DNA of 39,785 nucleotides from the sequence record SRR20825010_4221. One strand, given 5' to 3'. This document shows, piece after piece, positions 35,949 to 39,785 of the stretch; the stretch's first letter is position 1, and every line of letters begins with the position of its first letter. The notes beneath the pieces were generated by a model. That model saw only the letters and a list, made by a program, of their open reading frames with translations. It did not search any database and was not told the origin of the DNA. The position numbers and the translations under genes are program-made.

Positions 35949-38279
35949 CTATTCAATTGATCTTTGGTTGAAGATCATATACCCGAATGAGAGCGACAAC
36001 CCTAAACTGGAAGTAGGGTTTTCTAAATAATTTACACGCAAAGTAAGCGGCCCCAAAACAGAATTATAGATCAACCCTGCCATTCCCAAAAAGTGCACAC
36101 TATCAAAGCCCTTTTTATCTTGTGCCCTTTGGAGGTTTATTTGTTGAGGTCGATTATAGGCACTGAAACCATAGACTTCGGCTCTTAAAAACAGGCTATT
36201 GGCTAAACGAACAGAATGAACCATACCTGTACCAATATAACTATAGGCCCTATAGTTTGGTAAAAAATAGGTCTCTGAGTCGAACATTGGGTTAAACTGA
36301 GTAGCATAAACCAAACTGGACTGGTAATTTATAAAATTCGGTTGATTACTATACACAGACTCGAACTTCCAACCGACACGATAATTCTCAGAAATTTTCT
36401 TGTATTCTTCAAAGTACAATTCCAGTGAAAGCCAATTTTTAGACTCCGTATAGGTGGTTATTTCATTGGGCCTGAATAAAACTGAAGTACTGCCTGGTGT
36501 ATACGAAAGCAGACCTAACAAAATGTTGGCCGAGGTGTAAAACCTAACGCCCGAAGTGGCGAATTGCTTCGCGTTTAAGCTGTTCCGCTCGTAACTAAGC
36601 TTACCCTTAAAAGCCTCAAACCTTGTGTGATCTAAACTCTCCTCCACTGATATATTAGAGAGGTTGCTAAAGTTATCTGAGTTTCTTACATAAGCCACTT
36701 CAGTCGTAAATACGCTACGTTGGCCAGAGCCTAAGCCGATAGTCGTACCAAACTTTCTATCAATTCGATTTAGAATAGTTGGATTTGCCTTTTCATTAAA
36801 AAAATCATCAGTATTAAGGTAATCCCATTGATTAAGTAAAAAAGAAGGCTCTACAAACAACCTCGTTCGTGGATTAAGATTGAAACGGATGCCCAGATAA
36901 ACGGATTCATAAAATTTTCCAGTTGAAATTTTCAGTTTATACGAATTCAGGTAACGGTTGAATGAATTGAGTGTTAACCCGAAATGAAGGGTGCTTACAC
37001 TTCGGGTAGAGAGGTTACCTCCAAAGTCAACCGAAAGTCCATTCCTAGCTGTAGGTTTCAAATAGAATTCCAATACATAATACCCCTTATCGGAATCAAA
37101 GTCGAAGTTCAAGTATATATTTCTAAAGTAGGCTTCGGAAACCAATTTAAAATAGGCTTGCCTGATTTGCAATAAGCTTAAGGGACCATCCTTGAATGAA
37201 ACGAGGGAATTAATCAGTAGCTCCTGTTTAGGCATAAAACCAAAAAGCTTAATTGCTCCAAATTTGTAATCTATAAATTGATCTCGGAATTCAGCTCGAT
37301 CCAATTCCACTTCGTCCTTTGCAACCCTCCTAGAAATCTTCTGCTTAATACTCTCCATTTGGCTCATAGTGACATCATACCCCGCTTTGATCAGTTCGGG
37401 TACTCTGTCGAAGGACAAGGCCGTAAAAGGCTTCATATCAGGCTCAAGATAGATGTCAGTACTGTCCAACTGGCTCGGGTCGGTTTTATTCAGAAAGAGA
37501 AAAAGAAGGGCATCAGTCAAAATCTCTTCATCGGCATCAAACGGATAAGTCTCTGCCTTTTTGGTGGCCACATTCGAGCCTATAGTAACTCCAGGATTAA
37601 AGTCTTCCTTCATAATGTCTACAGGAAAGTTATCGTAAACACCTCCATCAAATATATACTGATTCTGAAATTTTATTGGTCGGTAAAAAAAAGGTACCGC
37701 CATAGAAGAGCGTGTGGCTTGCATCAACGATCCACTGTCTAATTTTACTACCTTCTCCGAAAATATATCGGCCGCTACAGCCTTAAAAGGAACAAAAAGT
37801 TTGTTGAAGTTATAATTAGCCGCTTGCGCTGCCTGACCTAAATACTCATTCAAAAGAAAATTGATGATGATGTCGTTGGCCAGTGGCGTACTAATGGATG
37901 CTTGAAAATCCTTGTCGAAAAGTAAATCCACCGTGATCCATGAAGCATCGTCCTGCGACTTTGTATAATTGTATTGATAACGCTCTGAAGATTTTCCATT
38001 AATCCAATCTTCAAAGTTTGGATTGGTTACAATTATTTCGATTTCTTCTGGGCTAAAACCCGCAGCATAAAGAGAACCCACCACGGCTCCCATTGAAGTT
38101 CCTACTACATAGTCTATGGGAATATTGTTTTCTTCAAGTGCTTTCATCACCCCAATATGAGCAATGCCTTTTGCTGCTCCTCCACTTAATACCAAGCCTA
38201 CTTTTTGTGCATGAATGATAAAGGAACTACACAGCAATAGTGTAATAATCAGAGACTTGTTCACTATTTTAATTGGCAT
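35949..38279 (-). CDS. Patatin-like phospholipase with probable C-terminal beta-barrel (PlpD/type Vd-like)
   Basis: VGLVLSGGAAKG, GTSMG, DGG; C-terminal beta-strand region ending LGP...LSFGY. Start may be GTG 38264. Confidence 0.85.
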   Translation of the reverse strand: MPIKIVNKSLIITLLLCSSFIIHAQKVGLVLSGGAAKGIAHIGVMKALEENNIPIDYVVGTSMGAVVGSLYAAGFSPEEIEIIVTNPNFEDWINGKSSERYQYNYTKSQDDASWITVDLLFDKDFQASISTPLANDIIINFLLNEYLGQAAQAANYNFNKLFVPFKAVAADIFSEKVVKLDSGSLMQATRSSMAVPFFYRPIKFQNQYIFDGGVYDNFPVDIMKEDFNPGVTIGSNVATKKAETYPFDADEEILTDALLFLFLNKTDPSQLDSTDIYLEPDMKPFTALSFDRVPELIKAGYDVTMSQMESIKQKISRRVAKDEVELDRAEFRDQFIDYKFGAIKLFGFMPKQELLINSLVSFKDGPLSLLQIRQAYFKLVSEAYFRNIYLNFDFDSDKGYYVLEFYLKPTARNGLSVDFGGNLSTRSVSTLHFGLTLNSFNRYLNSYKLKISTGKFYESVYLGIRFNLNPRTRLFVEPSFLLNQWDYLNTDDFFNEKANPTILNRIDRKFGTTIGLGSGQRSVFTTEVAYVRNSDNFSNLSNISVEESLDHTRFEAFKGKLSYERNSLNAKQFATSGVRFYTSANILLGLLSYTPGSTSVLFRPNEITTYTESKNWLSLELYFEEYKKISENYRVGWKFESVYSNQPNFINYQSSLVYATQFNPMFDSETYFLPNYRAYSYIGTGMVHSVRLANSLFLRAEVYGFSAYNRPQQINLQRAQDKKGFDSVHFLGMAGLIYNSVLGPLTLRVNYLENPTSSLGLSLSFGYMIFNQRSIE

Positions 38280-38304
38280 AAAAAAAGCAGGGATTAGCCT
38301 GCTT
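38280..38304 (-). terminator. Intrinsic terminator after the M23 gene
   Basis: Minus strand AAGCAGG-CTAATC-CCTGC followed by seven T. Confidence 0.65.
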
Positions 38305-38326
38305 AAAAATATAGATTCAATTTCGC

Positions 38327-39604
38327 TTATCTACTACTAGCAGTAATAACATCTTTAACCCACTCCATGGGTATATCGTTTAGCTTTTTATCCATTAATT
38401 CTTTCATGGCTTCAAACTTTATTATATGCTCAGGTGAAAGTGGTTTTTCAGCTGGCAAATCTTCTCTCAAGAAATCAACTTGCTCACCCCTTTTCCAAAA
38501 CCTGAAGCAAAGGTGATTTCCTGTGGCCAAGCCCGTACTTCCAACATAGCCTATGACATCTCCTTTTTTGACTTTTTGACCATTCTTGTAATTGCCAAAT
38601 TTAGACATGTGTAGGTATCCTGTCGTGTAGGTACCATTATGTCTAATTTTCACATAATTCCCATTTCCTCCAGTATAGCCTCGTGCAATAATTACCCCGT
38701 CAGCTGCTGCCTTAATTGGAGTTCCTTTGTCGGCAGCAAAGTCGGTTCCCAAATGAGCTCTTCTTGTATTCAATACTGGGTGAAGACGACTTTTACTATA
38801 GCGTGAAGAAATTCTAGAAAATTCAACTGGATACCTCAAGAAGGCTCTTTGAAGGCTCTCTCCCAAGTCATCATAATAATCGAGCCCATCTCCTTGATCA
38901 TAGACATAGGCCATATAGCTATTTCGAATATGATTGAACTCTGCGCCCAATACTTTTCCAATACCTATTGACTCGCCATTGACTTTTCTTTCTTCATAAA
39001 TTATTTTAAACCAATCGCCAACCTGCAAAGAGCGCATGTCGATCTGCCAACCGAAGACATCGGCCACAGCACTTACCAATGCAGCTGAACCTCCTTTTTC
39101 TCGAATGGAATGATCAAGTGACACGGTAATTCTTCCAGACATAATTGTTTCAACTGTTTCAACCTCTCTTTCCTCTTTGTAAATGGAAATCGAATCTTTC
39201 AGTTGATAAACCACATATTCTAAAGGACTAGGCTCATAAACAAAATAAGCCGCTCGCTTCAGAGAGTCTTCCGTATAAAAAAGGGTATAGTCTCGATTTG
39301 GAATAAAATTACGCACACTGAAAACATCTTTCGAAAGACGGTCAATACTGAAAATATCTTGATTACTGATATTAAAAGGGAGAAGAATGTCTGCAATGGT
39401 CTGATTGCGTTTTATCTTTCCTTCAAGCAATTGATACTGATCTAAGGGGATTCCAAACTTGTACAACGGCTCTGGAATAACCGTAATTTCTTCCAATGGC
39501 ATTTCCTCTTCAATATAGGAAGCACTTTCTCTGCTAAAATAGAAGTATAGAACTACCACAACAACTAAACCTACTACACTGGCAAGTCCTAAGTTTTTTT
39601 TCAT
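38327..39604 (-). CDS. M23-family peptidoglycan DD-metalloendopeptidase (MepM-like)
   Basis: N-terminal TM; RISS.Y...R.HP, HLGTD, GNYV.I.H, YLHMS, IGYVGSTG; HLC in place of HxH. Confidence 0.9.
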   Translation of the reverse strand: MKKNLGLASVVGLVVVVVLYFYFSRESASYIEEEMPLEEITVIPEPLYKFGIPLDQYQLLEGKIKRNQTIADILLPFNISNQDIFSIDRLSKDVFSVRNFIPNRDYTLFYTEDSLKRAAYFVYEPSPLEYVVYQLKDSISIYKEEREVETVETIMSGRITVSLDHSIREKGGSAALVSAVADVFGWQIDMRSLQVGDWFKIIYEERKVNGESIGIGKVLGAEFNHIRNSYMAYVYDQGDGLDYYDDLGESLQRAFLRYPVEFSRISSRYSKSRLHPVLNTRRAHLGTDFAADKGTPIKAAADGVIIARGYTGGNGNYVKIRHNGTYTTGYLHMSKFGNYKNGQKVKKGDVIGYVGSTGLATGNHLCFRFWKRGEQVDFLREDLPAEKPLSPEHIIKFEAMKELMDKKLNDIPMEWVKDVITASSR

Positions 39605-39675
39605 TATCCGTTAGTTTTTACCTTTCAACGGCAAAGTACTAAAAATGTGTCCCTTTTGTAAACCTTTTTTTTCAG

Positions 39676-39785
39676 CTATATTTTTGAGTTCCTTAACCGA
39701 AGGCTGTTGAGCACCACAGAAACAGACGAAAATGCCATGGCTGCTCCTGCAATCATAGGGTTTAGAAGGAAGCCATTGACAGGAA
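39676..39785 (-). CDS. Heavy-metal (Cu-type) P1B ATPase, 3' end only
   Basis: Not in ORF track. Minus strand reads [35 protein letters not shown]; MxxSS and NSLRL are the last-helix motifs of CopA-like pumps. Confidence 0.88.
   Translation of the reverse strand, partial: PVNGFLLNPMIAGAAMAFSSVSVVLNSLRLRNSKI

Noticed and set aside
532-37742. Numerous 60-154 aa ORFs nested in or antisense to long genes (e.g. 3002-3337, 23128-23436, 35036-35452, 37278-37742)
   Set aside because: Shadows of well-supported genes; no motifs or independent signals.
1-39785. tRNA/rRNA, CRISPR arrays, IS/integrase, prophage or defence genes
   Set aside because: No cloverleaf, repeat-spacer array, transposase/integrase or defence motifs seen; intergenic gaps are mostly short.
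5438-39785. Apparent metal-homeostasis island (Fur family, feoAB, FecR, PepSY-TM, Cu ATPase)
   Set aside because: Genes are scattered among housekeeping loci with no island boundaries; no evidence of a single unit.

Overview
A mostly core-genome stretch of a Bacteroidota (Cytophagales-like, possibly Roseivirga-like; inferred from gene order and TAnnTTTG promoters) chromosome. Recognisable genes: nadC, gpmI, a tandem universal stress protein, a Fur-family regulator, an IT-superfamily antiporter, the envelope cluster OMP-TPR-lptC-CBS/hemolysin-PpiD/SurA, phhB-like, rsmI, an HTTM/vitamin-K-dependent-carboxylase homologue, feoAB, an ECF sigma/FecR/STN module, a membrane-anchored MutS-domain ATPase, purKE, AsmA, PepSY-TM, a PD40-OmpA protein, a patatin-barrel protein and an M23 peptidase. 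Two genes are cut by the window edges (YcxB-like, Cu-type P1B ATPase). I saw no tRNA/rRNA, CRISPR array or mobile element. Most interesting items not in the ORF track: (1) a 54-aa Lys/Glu-rich peptide ending FGGIPKDVPFKRNIGCGG, divergent from and 55 bp away from the carboxylase homologue; (2) an apparent relic of the coaX 3' end that carries the promoter of the envelope operon; (3) a sigma/anti-sigma module whose third gene has a signalling-like domain but no TonB barrel; (4) three 11-bp direct repeats upstream of a secreted transglutaminase-like protein; (5) several probably leaderless transcripts. All family calls are from motif recognition only; no searches were run.
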